A stretch of 64,000 nucleotides of DNA from Azolla caroliniana (lineage: Eukaryota > Plantae > Polypodiophyta): assembly GCA_043228905.1 (NCBI GenBank), contig JBHGNT010000005.1, positions 1,984,001 to 2,048,000 on the forward strand. Direction: 5' to 3'. This document shows positions 1 through 12,045 of the stretch, in pieces. The position numbers and the translations under genes are program-made. The notes below the pieces were generated by a model. That model ran no database searches and was not told the origin of the DNA. It saw only the letters and a program-made list of their open reading frames with translations. Positions within the stretch are counted from its first letter, which is position 1. Each line of letters begins with the position of its first letter.

Positions 1-2
1 TT

Positions 3-254
3 CAGCATCAATGTTATAGGTGGGGTAAAGGTGGGTGGCAATCAGCTTGTTGTACAAATGTGGTTTCTACATATCCTCTACCCATGAGTGAAACAAAACG
101 TGGTGCGAGAGTCCCCGGTCGTAAAATGAGTGGGGGGGCTTTCAAGAAGATCTTGGAAAGGCTGAGTGCCGATGGTGTCGATGTTACTTTGCCAATTGAC
201 TTGAAGGATCATTGGGCAAAGCATGGTACAAATAGGTATGTCACGATCAAGTGA
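3..254 (+). CDS. BPC: 3' end of a BASIC PENTACYSTEINE (BBR/BPC) GAGA-binding transcription factor; 5' part lies outside the window
   Basis: Frame is open from nt 3: [54 protein letters not shown]...[19 protein letters not shown]. This matches the conserved BBR/BPC C-terminal domain ([29 protein letters not shown]). Confidence 0.95.
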   Translation, partial: QHQCYRWGKGGWQSACCTNVVSTYPLPMSETKRGARVPGRKMSGGAFKKILERLSADGVDVTLPIDLKDHWAKHGTNRYVTIK

Positions 255-3200
255 GATTGTATTATGTCTGGTTTATGTCTTGCCCAGATAATTTGGGCTT
301 TATCAAAACTTTTGTTTTCTTTCTTTTCTGACATTTTCATGGAAAAATTTCAAATCAATATTTGTTGTCATTTGTTATGGTTTGTTAGAATGATGCAAGC
401 AAGATGTTAATACCTTTTTTGCCATCTCTCACTTGGTTCCATGGTCTTGTGATGTTTCCTCAAGAGAGTCTTGCTTGTTTCTCCATGCTGTTTACTGCTT
501 TTTTTGGTGATATTAAAAAATGATTAACTTTGTTCATGTGCTTGAGGATACTGGCATGTTCAAGTCAAGATTTATAAGTGGTTGTTATAACCATAATTAC
601 ATTGCAGGATTTACTTGAATATAATATATATATATATCGGAAATTGCTACAAACATTTGATTAGAGGATAACATACTTCAGACAGAATAAAAGAGAATCT
701 CGTTGTATATGAACGTTGAGTGTTAACTCGGTTTTTACAACTAGTATTCAAAGGTGATTTTATTGGATTTTTTCTTGATTCACAACTCACGCCACCATAA
801 GCTCTAGGATCCGTAGAGCATACTCAGTTAACATATATGGTCTAACATAATCACATCTCAACAATTTAAGTGACATTTTTGTCATTTGTAATAAATGCCA
901 TAGTACCAATGATTTTATTTTATTTTTGGTTCTTTGATAACATTTTTAAGAACAGATGATTTTTGAACATTGGATTTCACACACAGCACACACACACACA
1001 CACACAATTCTATTACTTTGAATGGGAAGAAACTTCATTGTAGTTTGGGCACATGAAATGAGATGGACAATGGTATCATACACAATGGATCCTCTCATGA
1101 TTATCTATGTGACAGCAAGCAATAGTGGACATTTGCAATGCATTGACTATCCAATGAGGACTAAGTTATTCATTGTGTTTTAAACTTGTTTGCATATATT
1201 TGTGGATAGATTTATATGCAATTACTCAAGGCTCTATTTGAGTACCCACAAATATATATTCATAGAAAAGATGGTTTCTAAAAAGCAATTCATCATGCCA
1301 ATTGAGCCCATTAATATTGATTCTTGAATATTGAATAAGCACAATTTGGACCAATATGACCTAAGCATCTCGAGTAAAAACTAGATGCATAAGCTTCCAC
1401 AAAGAAGAGCTTAGCTAAATCAACATGGAGCAAAATAGGGGGTAGAAGTGACAACTCTCTTTAAACTTTCAAATGCCTTGATTGCTTTGAAATTCTATGT
1501 AAATGGTTGATTCTTTTGTGTGAGCTACGTAAGAGGCAACATCAACTTTGTGTAATTCTTGATAAACTAGTAGTAGAAGTTTGTGAAACCTATGAAATAT
1601 TACACATCCCCCACTAAAGATGGAGTACACCAATCTAGAGCCATTCAAACTATCATTAGCTCTTCACTTGATTCCTAGTGATTCCTCTTATTGAGACTAA
1701 ATGTATTAGAAATTTTGCTTGATTGTGGCCAAAATTGTACATCACTAATTTGGTATAGAGGTAATATTCTTCCAATTGTTATATAAATTGATGAACATGG
1801 ATGTCACATTCCTCTTGAGTCTTTGAGTAGATCATGATGTGAGCTAGCTAAACTATGGCAATGTAGAGGAAATTCCAAAAAATATCATTTGCTATATGTT
1901 GGAAAACTATTTCCATATTTGTAAGACCCAAGGACATAAATGTGTACTCAAAATGTTTGTATGAAGTGCGAAAGTAGTCTTTCCCTTGTTGCATATCAAT
2001 AGGGAAATCATATAATTATTGATGCCTTGAGAATATGTTGAACTTCAGCCTATTGAAGACATGCACAAATTCGGAATACTTGGCTAGTAGTTGGACATTG
2101 GAAATTTGTGAATTGGATGGACATGACATGAGGGTTTGTCTTCGACCTTAATAAGGGCCCTGCTTGTCAGCAACTCATCAGATCCGGCATGGAGCCTCAT
2201 TACCATTTACCGCCATCCTACCAACACGATTCTGAGACGATATTGATATGTGTTTTGTACATGCTTATGCTACTTTTGAGTGCACGCCCACATCAATTTT
2301 GCTTGGCACTCTCACCTCCAATACTACCACATGTCGCCCATGAGTTCTTTCAAACAACCATGCTTCATAAATATCCAATTGCTCCAACACCCTAAGACTT
2401 CACAACCACTACCTTACACCCACTACGATCCATATCCCCCCAAACCTCATGTCTTGGGAAAACCAACACCCAACCTTAGTCCCTTACCAATATCTTTGAC
2501 CCCATTCCTTCCCTTGAAGATTTTCACTTCAATGCAAGAGATTATTGACTCTTGACCCCTTGATGCACTTGACAAGGTGCGCCCATTAGGTTGGGTGGGG
2601 GTGGTGGTGTTCAAAACCTACCATATGAGACACTCTTGCACTCTTTAATGATGTAAGCAAAAACATTGGTAACCAAGGGAAATTGGAAGAAACAAACGAA
2701 GAAGAAAAAGGAAAGAGAAAGCAAAGTTAAAGGAAGAAAGCAATTGACTGTAAAAAGGTTAGAAGATTGTCTTAGTCACCTTTGACCTTTTGGACAATTC
2801 TTCTTGATCTCCTCATTTCTAGAGTCAATGCTTTCCTAATAAAACCTCTCTCTTTAACTCTTCACACTTATTCTACATCTAATTCAAATGTCCAGGCCTT
2901 AAGTATCGTACCTTAAGGACTTGAACTATGGTTTCAATTAGTGTTAATAATAATTACTAACCATTTCTATACACTTGGATGTTGGTAAAAAATGAAGGAA
3001 TGAATGAAGTGCCAAGGGAATAAGGAAAAAGACAACGGAATAGAGAAACATGTTGGATAATATGAAAAAGCCCAATGGCATTGTAAAAGATTTAGAAGGC
3101 ATCATTATAAGTCTTCTAAGGTTGAGGTAGAACTTAACTCTTGACATTAAATAAACTTGAGGTATAATTTAAGCCTCTCTTAAATGTTTAATCTCTCATT

Positions 3201-3559
3201 AGTCGTAATTTTGACTATTTAACCTAATATCACCAGAAGCCTAAAACCTTAAAGTCTTAATCTATGTTCAGAAATTGGGTTGATTGTTGTAAGTCTTGAA
3301 GAGTGATTCTTCATTCCTCAATTGAGTGTTAGCTCTTTTTTTCATTGCTTTCCTTAATTGAGTGTTACAATCAACATTTGGTTGCTCATTTACATACATT
3401 TGCTACTAGGCTTTGGATTGGAGTAGCATCGACACCCAAGTCATCCCACTAACAATACAATCTAGAGAAGACGTTTTCTTGGATGCATAGATCTTGGTTC
3501 TAAGTTAGCTATGCAAGAGTAACTAGAACAACATTAGACAAGTCCTACCTTCTACACAT

Positions 3560-3632
3560 CCGCTTTCGCTCGCGACTACTAATGGAGTCTTAGTTGATTT
3601 CATTTTCTTTGGCGACAATGATGTTTCCGTTC
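3560..3632 (-). pseudogene. Short decayed fragment of bacterial-type LSU rRNA, probably mitochondrial 26S (NUMT)
   Basis: Minus strand reads GAACGGAAACATCATTGTCGCCAAAGAAAATGAAATCAACTAAGACTCCATTAGTAGTCGCGAGCGAAAGCGG. It is collinear with the conserved 23S/26S domain I stretch GAACTGAAACATC...GAAATCAACCGAGA.TCC...AGTAGCGGCGAGCGAA. Confidence 0.75.
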
Positions 3633-3814
3633 AATAGGACTATTAAATGTTGTTGAAATTTGAATTAAGATATTAGTATTAACACAAATGGGCTTAGGAA
3701 TAGTTTGACATCCTTACCTACCTAATTTGTCTGATAGCACCTAACAATTCCCATGTGGAAGAAATACTCCATTAGCTAAGTATAGTTAGGAGCAAAAATC
3801 TAATTCTTCACATA

Positions 3815-3980
3815 CCTTAGATTCATCTAGGGGGATGAATGGAATATTGTTTTGTGCTCTAGATATGGACATTTCGAGTATACAATTGTGCCTTTTAGTC
3901 TCGTGAAGGCATCAACAATTTTTTAACATATGGAAAATGATATTTTTTTATATTTCCTCAAAATGTTTACCATAGTTTTT
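3815..3980 (+). mobile_element. Ty3/gypsy reverse transcriptase remnant
   Basis: Translates as GDEWNIVLCSRYGHFEYTIVPFSLVKASTIF*HMENDIF, matching the gypsy RT consensus [38 protein letters not shown]. Confidence 0.85.
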
Positions 3981-4353
3981 TTTATCCTCGTGCCAAACTA
4001 GAGAATTGCATTTTTCAAGTTTCAACCACAAGCATGTGGATATTTTGGAATATTAGTCTGACCAGTCATTATGTTTGTGGAACTGACACACAGTCAAATG
4101 GTTCTAGACTAGCAAACACCATGTTCTATTTGCAATGTTTCATACAAGGAATAGCGTTCTCCAAAACAAAGACCTAGTAAATGTATTATGTATATATGAT
4201 ATACATGATATGCATAAATGTTTTACATTGTTATATTGTCTAATATTGTCTAAGAGTGACCTATTAATAAGTCCAATGAGAATATATTTATCATACCAAC
4301 ATTATGTCAAATAAGAACATTTAAAACAACTTAAGATTGGGCCAACTAGCAAT

Positions 4354-4563
4354 TAGGAGTTAGGAAACGACTCGACTCAAGCTTGAACCGAGCCGTTAAA
4401 CCAATTATAAATGGTTTAGGGGTTCGGTTTAGTTCATGTTTGCGCGTCCTTAACCAATTTGAATTTAGTTTGTTAAGGCTCAAGTCGAACCGAACCGTTT
4501 AGGGCCAAGCTTACTCCTAAACCGGTTAAGGCTTAAACGGTTTGGAATTGTTGCCAATTCCTA
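4354..4563. mobile_element. Non-autonomous DNA transposon (hAT-like MITE)
   Basis: Imperfect terminal inverted repeats TAGGAGTTAGGAAAC / GTTGCCAATTCCTA. Flanking 8-mers CTAGCAAT (4346-4353) and CTAATAAT (4564-4571) look like a decayed 8-bp TSD. Internal AACCG/CGGTT motifs occur in both orientations. Confidence 0.6.
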
Positions 4564-6391
4564 CTAATAATAGGGAAAAGCTTTATGTACATATTGTTAA
4601 ACTCTAGGGAAAAAGCTTTATGTATTGTTAAACTCTTTACAAAGGCAAATTTTAGAGAAAAATATCTTAGAAAGAAGTTGCTATAAATAAAAATAAACCT
4701 TACATCTAGCTCCTTCAACATTGTACATGTTTGAAATCAACAAATAATTTGTGTAGATATTTCTTCAATATTGATTGCCATGATTCATGACACTAAATGG
4801 TTTGACATACAATCCATTGATTTATTGGATTTTTTATTTCCATGGTGGGACACTCTTGAAGAATAATGTCCAAGAAGTGAGGTACCAACTATTGGCCAAC
4901 CGTGTTTCTTGTTTTGTTTGAACCAACTTGCGTTGTACTTCCAATGGCTCTAGTTGAAGCTAATACCCAATGGGTTAGCCAAAACAATAAGTTTTGTTTC
5001 ACCATCATTCTAGGTTAATTGTTCATCTTGATCAACCATGTTGGCCATAGTTGCAAATAAAAGTTGGAGGAATAAAATAATTGACCATTGTTGACTCTCA
5101 TGGTGGCAATGGGTTATCTTATGTGGAGGCCCACTGGCTCAAGAAATATCTCCTACATTTATACATTGTTATACATACAGTAATAAAGATTATTTTGGAA
5201 AATATTTTTTTCTTGGGGTTTTGGAACTTTCTCCATGCAAATTGCAATCATTTCACACAATTCATTGATTTATTCTTACTCCTATTTTTGAATGGATATT
5301 TTACAATTTGTTGTTGAATCCTCCTTGTACAATGCTTTCTTATGCGATGAAATTGAATATTCTCACTTAGTTTCCTATAGTCTCCAAATATTTTGGTACA
5401 ACTGAGTTTCTAGCTTGAAACCAAAAATGTATCGCCTTACAATTAATCACGTCACACTATAGTAAAGACACATATGTAATAACATTATATTTCTGTATTA
5501 GTTATAAAAATGTCACTCTATATGTTGCTATCAATGTCTCTCTAACCTTCGTGATACAAGATACTCTCTAAACTTACCCAATAAAATAACTAGCCTTTTT
5601 TAGGTCTCTAACTAGTATTGCCTTTAATAGGCCACGAAAACGAGATATTTTGTATATGAGGAAAAATAGGCCGTTGTCTCCTAGTGTAGATCTTATTGGA
5701 AAACATATGTGTAAAAACAAAGGTGAAAATATGCATAAACAAAAAAACACCTTACAATCTATGCTAACACATACTGTTGTTTCAAAATCTATGCTAACAA
5801 CATCCCACTAAAAAACTAGGTGAAACCAAAAACATCTTATGCTCTCATGCTTTCTTACTTTGAGTAAAAGACGTTCTCATTGTCTATATAATTTCTCTAC
5901 TCTTTGGCAATCACTAAAACATCTATTGATTTGAAAGGGACGCCATACCTTGTTAGTTAATGTAAGCAGTATATAAATAGGCTAGTGATTTCACTCGTGG
6001 TTATCTGAAAAGCAAGTGTGGTAATGCCACTTTATGTCCTTGCCATGTCTACGAAGCGTTTGATGCAAATATTTCTATACATACATGTACATGTATTATG
6101 TATGGTCCAAATTCAGATGTCTTGGGTATACACATACATTATAATTGTATGCATGTAAAAAAGCACAAGCATTGATTGTACCTTCAAGTGGATAAGTCTT
6201 AATTAACATGTCGACTAGATAAGGCTCACGTCCACATCAACGCGGGCATCAAGTTGATACAATAATCTTTAGCTTGATTAGATATTGATGTTATTAGAAA
6301 AAACAATAAAACGTAGAAAAGGGTTGCATTGTTGAATACTAAGGAGTTTGATATAATATACGATCTATATTATATTATGAATAACATAAAA

Positions 6392-6802
6392 CATGGATTA
6401 TATATATGCTTTCTATGATTATCCAAAAGAAGTGTTAAAGCGTTAATTCATTAGCTAAATCTTCAAATACGTGTTAAAATTTCTCCTTTACATCATAATC
6501 ACTAATGGTGAACTCAAGGATGAATCTACATTGCACATGGTATAAGAAATAGTTAAGGATAATGTGGGCAAAAATTTAGGTCTCCTTTTGATTATGGCAT
6601 GGATTATATATATACTTTCTATGATTATCCAAAAGAAGTGTTAAAGTGTTAATTCATTAGCTAAATCTTCAAATACGTGTTAAAATTTCTCCTTTACATC
6701 ATAATCACTAATGGTGAACTCAAGGATGAATCTACATTGCACATGGTATAAGAAATAGTTAAGGATAATGTGGGCAAAAATTTAAGTCTCCTTTTGATTA
6801 TG
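6392..6802. repeat. Near-identical 206-bp tandem duplication
   Basis: CATGGATTATATATAT...TCTCCTTTTGATTATG starts at 6392 and again at 6598, with only a few substitutions. Confidence 0.95.
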
Positions 6803-7392
6803 AAGTCTATTTTAGTCATCAATAGAAATTTATTATATTCATGGGTATGAAAGGCTACATGAAGCAAATGGTTCTATTCTCTATTTGACAAAAGTTTTCT
6901 TGGATCTTATATGATTCGACTTGGCCTCAAATTCTTTTAAAATATAAGTATCTACAAAATTGTTTTGTAGAAAATGGACCATTGAGTTAAGAAGCAATAT
7001 TATAGAGGGTTGTAAGGAAGAACTAATAAAGACTTACTAACTTCTAAGCACACATATAAACAATTTGTCATAATCATGGTTGGTTTACAAGTTCTTTTTG
7101 GAAAGCATGAAGATGGAAGTCAATCGAAATGTCGACATCTTATTCAAAAGGATTGTTAGGGCAATGATCGTGTGGTTAATATCTACTGTGGCAATGTTAA
7201 TGTAGTCAATGGTGTAATGACTAGTCTACCGCACCACAAAGTAGTTGTATTGTAAAGGCACGAAAAGACCAAGAAAAACATACGTGGATGTGAATGCTAG
7301 TTTAAATTACATGGTTCGGTCCACTTGGATGTGTTGGTTCAAAGTTCACACACATGCACTTGGGGCCTCTAGAAATTTGCACAAGCAAAACA

Positions 7393-7760
7393 ATAGTTTG
7401 GGATGTCCCAAAGAATGTCCCTAATTGCCGGTAGAAAGCTAGGCCTGAAGATTTTATAGTAAATTTGTAAATCTATACTACAACATGTTTGCTGCCGGAC
7501 CATGTGAGCTCAATCTATCTGACATAATGTAATGGTTCTCGGTCCCATATATCGTAATCGACATCACAAGAGGTATAAGCGAAAAAGTAGTTGGGGATGT
7601 CCCTCGAAATGTCCCTAATTGCTGGCAGAAAGTTAGTTTGAAGATTTTACAGTAAATTTGTAAATCTACAGTGCAATATGTTTGCTGCTGGACCATGTGA
7701 GCTCAGGCTGTCTGGCATAATGTAATGATTCTCGGTCCCACAGATCATAATTGACATCAC
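7393..7760. repeat. Diverged ~190-bp tandem duplication upstream of the CBS gene, followed by a (CT)n tract at ~7767-7789
   Basis: GGGATGTCCC...AATGTCCCTAATTGC...GTAAATTTGTAAATCTA...GGACCATGTGAGCTCA...TTCTCGGTCCCA...GACATCAC occurs twice (~7393-7567 and ~7586-7760). Confidence 0.9.
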
Positions 7761-8125
7761 GAAAGATCTCTCTCTCTCTCTCTCTCTCTTGATCGAGCTT
7801 AGTCAAGGAGTCTCTACAAAGAGAAGTATAATATGGATCGGGTGACGGAGTGGGTCCCGTATGAATATTCTTCTTCAATATTTGTTGCTTTCTCTTTGCT
7901 TTTATAAATTTATCCTCTTAATACATACATACAAAGTGCAAGGCAAGTGGATAAGACAGGGAAAAAGCAAAACGCAAACGCAAAAAGCAAAACGCGAAAC
8001 AGGAAATCGGTTTTCTCGGCTACAGAAACACTCCCCCCTTCTGTTTTCTCTCTTTGTCTTCCTTCTTCTTCTTCTTCTTCTGTCTTTCTATGAATATTGT
8101 CTCCTGAAAGGATCCCATTCTCGCC

Positions 8126-10231
8126 ATGGCTCTCTCTGCTCATCTCTGCAGCTCTTTATCTTTCCCTTTCTCTGCAAAACCTTCTCCCTCTCCTTCTTTC
8201 TCGTCGCTAACTCTGCCCAGAAAGAAGATTAATGCGTTTTCTTCGAGTCTTACCACAACCACTGTGAGTGATGCAGAGATCGAAGGGGAGATATTATCTG
8301 GAGAATGGCCAGGGAATATATCAATTCTCAATTTTGAAGATCTCTGCAAATACTATGAACCTGTTATCTTCAAAGAGGATGTAAGCATCGAAAACAAACA
8401 AAAGTGCAAAAGTAGACCTGTTTTACTATTCGTATGTGGAGATCTAGATTTCATCCCAAAACAAACTAAAAATGTTAGGGCATACAGTTGTACAGAAATT
8501 GTGTTTGTCCTTCATATATAGATGTTTTTTGGCATAAACCAGACCTTCAGAAAGTCATGATGCTTTTGCCCCAAAGCTTTTAGTGTTTCAGATGTGGATT
8601 TTAGTCATAGACGCCATGCATGGATATGGCTATGTTAGGTTTTGCCTTGATATTTTAGTCCTTTAGATGTGGATTTTAGTTATGGATAGATATGGCTATG
8701 GTAATATGTTAGTGGTTTAAATGTGTATTTTAGTCATAGATGAATATTTTTATGTCTATGCTATATTTTTCACGTAATATTTTAGTGATTTGGGTGATGA
8801 TTGTAGCCATAAGAACACAGCATATCTGGCCATGGCCACATTACATCCATCCATGACATTCACAGCAGAAAACAATAGAAATTTGTGGCAAAACATAATA
8901 ATCTTAACATAGTCATTGCCCTCAAAAGGACATCCATGACTAAAAATCCATGTTTAAATAATTTAAAGCATTGGCATATACATCCGTGAATCCATAACTA
9001 AAGTCCTACATCTGAAACATTGAAATCTAAGGTTGAGTCATATACATCCAAGGGATATGTGACCAAAAATTCACATCTTAAACACTAAAATCCAAGTTTG
9101 AATCATATAACATAGGCATATACTTCCATGGCATGTAGAACTGAAATCCCACATCTAAAACACTAAAACCTAACGTCAAATCATACATGGATCTAATGGC
9201 CATTCATGAGTCAAATTCTAAATCTGAAACACTGACATGTAAGGGCAAAACATAACATCTACACATATCCATCCATGACCACATGGCTTTACCTAGTGAT
9301 GTAATTGTTTTGGATGTGACATTGACTGATGGATAGCCATGAGGTCTATATGTGTAGGTAATGGATGGAACCTACACCTATGCTTGAACTTTTGAGTGGG
9401 AAATGTTTGAAGTTGTTTTTTTCCAAGTATGTCACTTCACCATGTGCGCTGACTCTTGTTTTTCATAACTTCCTATTGCATCAAACTGTTCTTTCAGGCA
9501 CAACCCCACACGTTGCTTGCTGAGGTGATGTCGACGAAAATGTACTTCGCAAGGCCCGATCAGCTCTTAGAAGAAGTGGATCATTTCTTCTCGACCATCT
9601 CGGGGTTGCCAGTGGTCAATAAGGACCTCAAATGTATTGGAGTTATGTCAAAGAAAGATAGAACTAAAGCTGTGAAAGGGGTTCGTTTACCGCCCTTTCT
9701 GTGTGTTTCACATACACAAAAACTTTATTTTTTTGTTCTCTTCGACACTGCTCTTATCATGGTTTGGTTGTTTTCTTTATGTATAGCTTCAATCCACGGT
9801 CGGTGAGGTTATGACCTCTCCCCCCATCACTTTATTTGTCGACAGAACAGTGAACGGTGAGAGAAACCGTCTATGGTCATAATGAGTGTATGGTTGCTCT
9901 AAAAATTAACTTCCGACACTGAGAACAGAATATATAAGCTCAGTATTGATTAATATTCTCGATCGATCAATGAGTGTTCTTTTTGTTTTTCAGATGCTGC
10001 CGTCTTAATGCTCAAAAGCAAAGTTCATCGTATTCCAATAGTGAATGAAGCAAACCAAGTTGTTGGTAAGCATCGTCGACAACATGTGATTCACTCTTCA
10101 TGCATGAAATTTTCTTTCCTACTTGGAGCTTAAATATCAACAGTTTTCAATGTTGAAGAGAATTCTGATTTTGTGCAGGAATTGTTACAAGGTCTGACAT
10201 CTTCAAAGCATTAGAAAATGGGAATGAATGA
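8126..10231 (+). CDS. CBS-domain (Bateman module) protein with a plastid transit peptide, CBSX-like; five exons, 210 aa
   Basis: Exons 8126-8380, 9498-9680, 9787-9856, 9994-10065 and 10179-10231, all GT-AG and in frame (633 nt). Ser/Pro/Phe-rich N-terminus. CBS motifs EVMST...ISGLPVVN...CIGVMSKKD and VGEVMTSPPIT...AAVLMLKSKVHRIPIVN...VVGIVTRSDIF. Confidence 0.93.
8578..9250. repeat. Foldback-type inverted array inside CBS intron 1
   Basis: Motif ~TTAGTGTTTCAGATGTGGATTTTAGTCATGGATG occurs about 4 times forward (8580, 8655, 8709, 8781). It then occurs about 5 times as the reverse complement (8931, 8990, 9060, 9139, 9207). Confidence 0.75.
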
Positions 10232-11423
10232 CTCACTTTGTGTGTCTGGGGATGAGTTTTCAAGTTCATCTATGAAGTGTAGGAACTCGGCCTTTTTTTG
10301 GCTAGCCTGCACACATGAAAGGCACTTTCAAAAATTAACTGACGTATGTCATTGTAATATGTTCCCCTCTTCTAATGCATTTTGTTTCCATTAGATCTTA
10401 AAAAGTTTGGTTGCCAAATACATCAAAGATATTGTGTGATCTCGAGAGCAAGATATAGAGGGGTCATGGATTGTTGATTAAGTGAAGATCCCAACTTATT
10501 ACTTGATGCATAGATTGGTAATTTATGTACAAAATCATGTGGGCAGTGTTGATTAAGTGAAGGTCCCAACTTACCACTCGATGGATAATTGCGTGAAATC
10601 ATGTTTTATGAGTGCATTGAATCATGTTTCATGCTTCCAAGTTACTTCCCTTTCCGTCATCTTGATTATTAGCTTGGAATCTACCCATTCCCCAATTCTC
10701 CTCGAAAGAGACAAATGATTCATTTGGGCTCTTTCAATGATGTTCAATAAGTCATTGAAGGATAGGAGAAAATAATAAGGGATGCAATGGAGGACACAAT
10801 GAGCTCATGGTTTCCTCTGTATTAGACTATTATCAAGAACAGGGTAGGTATGCACCACCCTTTTGCGGGTGAAGAGTGAGCATCAATCCACCTTTGAGCA
10901 GTACCAACAAACTTTCTAGTATTTGTTTGCAAATTCTTACTCTTGCATAATCACTCATAAATGCAAAAACATGAAGAAAACATTAAGAGAGCATACAATA
11001 GTATCACCGACCACGTATTTCATTCCTCAATCACCACCGTGCATGCATTCGTTAAAGCTCAAGAGGCAAACAAGAGGTTCCATGATGAACAAAAAAGACA
11101 TAACCATACCGTAAGCCTTGAAAAAACCCATATATATATATATATAATTACAAACTATGCTCTTAGGCCGAAGTAACCTCGCACATCAAACAAACACTAG
11201 TGAATTCAGAAAAGTTGTTCCGGTGCAAGATGAAGTTTAGGCACAAGACCAAGTAGTTTGCGGCGATCACGGATTATTCCAAAGCATGTAGATGGTATCA
11301 TGTTAAAGGCTTGCTTACGGATTCTCACCTTGCCAACCAATGCATGAGTTGCTACCATTCGAGTTTTTCCACCTTCTTCGCTCTTGGTGAGCGTAATCGA
11401 TAATCCTTCTTCACTTGTTGTTT

Positions 11424-11538
11424 GGACACTTGAACTGATTGTTCTCTACTTTAACACTGCCTTAATCCGAAGGGTCCGGGGACACTTGAACTGATTGTTC
11501 GCTACTTTGACACTTCCTTAATCCGAAGGGTTCGGGGA
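11424..11538. repeat. 57-bp tandem duplication upstream of PPR gene 1
   Basis: GGACACTTGAACTGATTGTTC.CTACTTT.ACACT.CCTTAATCCGAAGGGT.CGGG occurs twice. Confidence 0.9.
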
Positions 11539-11590
11539 CCCGGCGGCTTCGGGAACCTTTTCAAGCGCGGGCGGGCGAGTGGTACCAGCA

Positions 11591-12045
11591 ATGGGGGGGG
11601 AAGGTGTCTGCAGGGGAACTTTGTCACCTTCAACAACTTGTAATAAAGTGCCATGGAATGATGCACCCAGGCCTCTGTGCAGGAGGCGGGCTGGCCGTCA
11701 TCCCAACCCTAAACCTAAAACCCTAACCCTAATTCTGAGAGACTATTGAAGATGCGGGCAGTAGCAAAAGAAGCTAAGGAAACAACCCACCTCTTTTGGA
11801 AAGAGTTCTTCGAGGATCCCTCACAATGGACCCAAAATAAGGTGAGTATTACACACGCTACGAATGCTGCACATGTATATACCCACATACAAATGCCACA
11901 AAGAGAAGAGAATAACAGAGTGAGTGTGTGTGTGTGAGAGAGAGAGACGCCATTCTTTTGACAGAAAATCACAAAGGCATCCTCGTGCCTCCATGGCCTC
12001 CAAAACCCTTGTTGGGTCTACCAAGAGCTAAGCAGAAGAAGATCG
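11591..12045 (+). pseudogene. Degenerate 5' region of PPR gene 1: putative targeting peptide, OSB-type PDF motif and a probable intron at 11842-11964
   Basis: ATG 11591 opens MGGEGVCRGTLSPSTTCNKVPWNDAPRPLCRRRAGRHPNPKP. After a +1 shift in the A-run at 11717-11720 it continues NPNPNSERLLKMRAVAKEAKETTHLFWKEFFEDPSQWTQNK. The junction AAG|GTGAGT...TTCTTTTGACAG| then joins in frame to KITKASSCLHGLQNPCWVYQELSRRRS and the ATG at 12046. Confidence 0.65.

Noticed and set aside
1350-1760. Possible minus-strand gypsy 3' end (PPT-like TTTAGTGGGGGA followed by TGT)
   Set aside because: No second LTR, TSD or clear protein motif supports boundaries.
10700-11400. Possible small spliced gene on the minus strand (MVATHALVGK|GTGAGA ... 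KFVGTAQRWIDAHSS)
   Set aside because: I could not assemble a consistent exon chain or recognise a domain.
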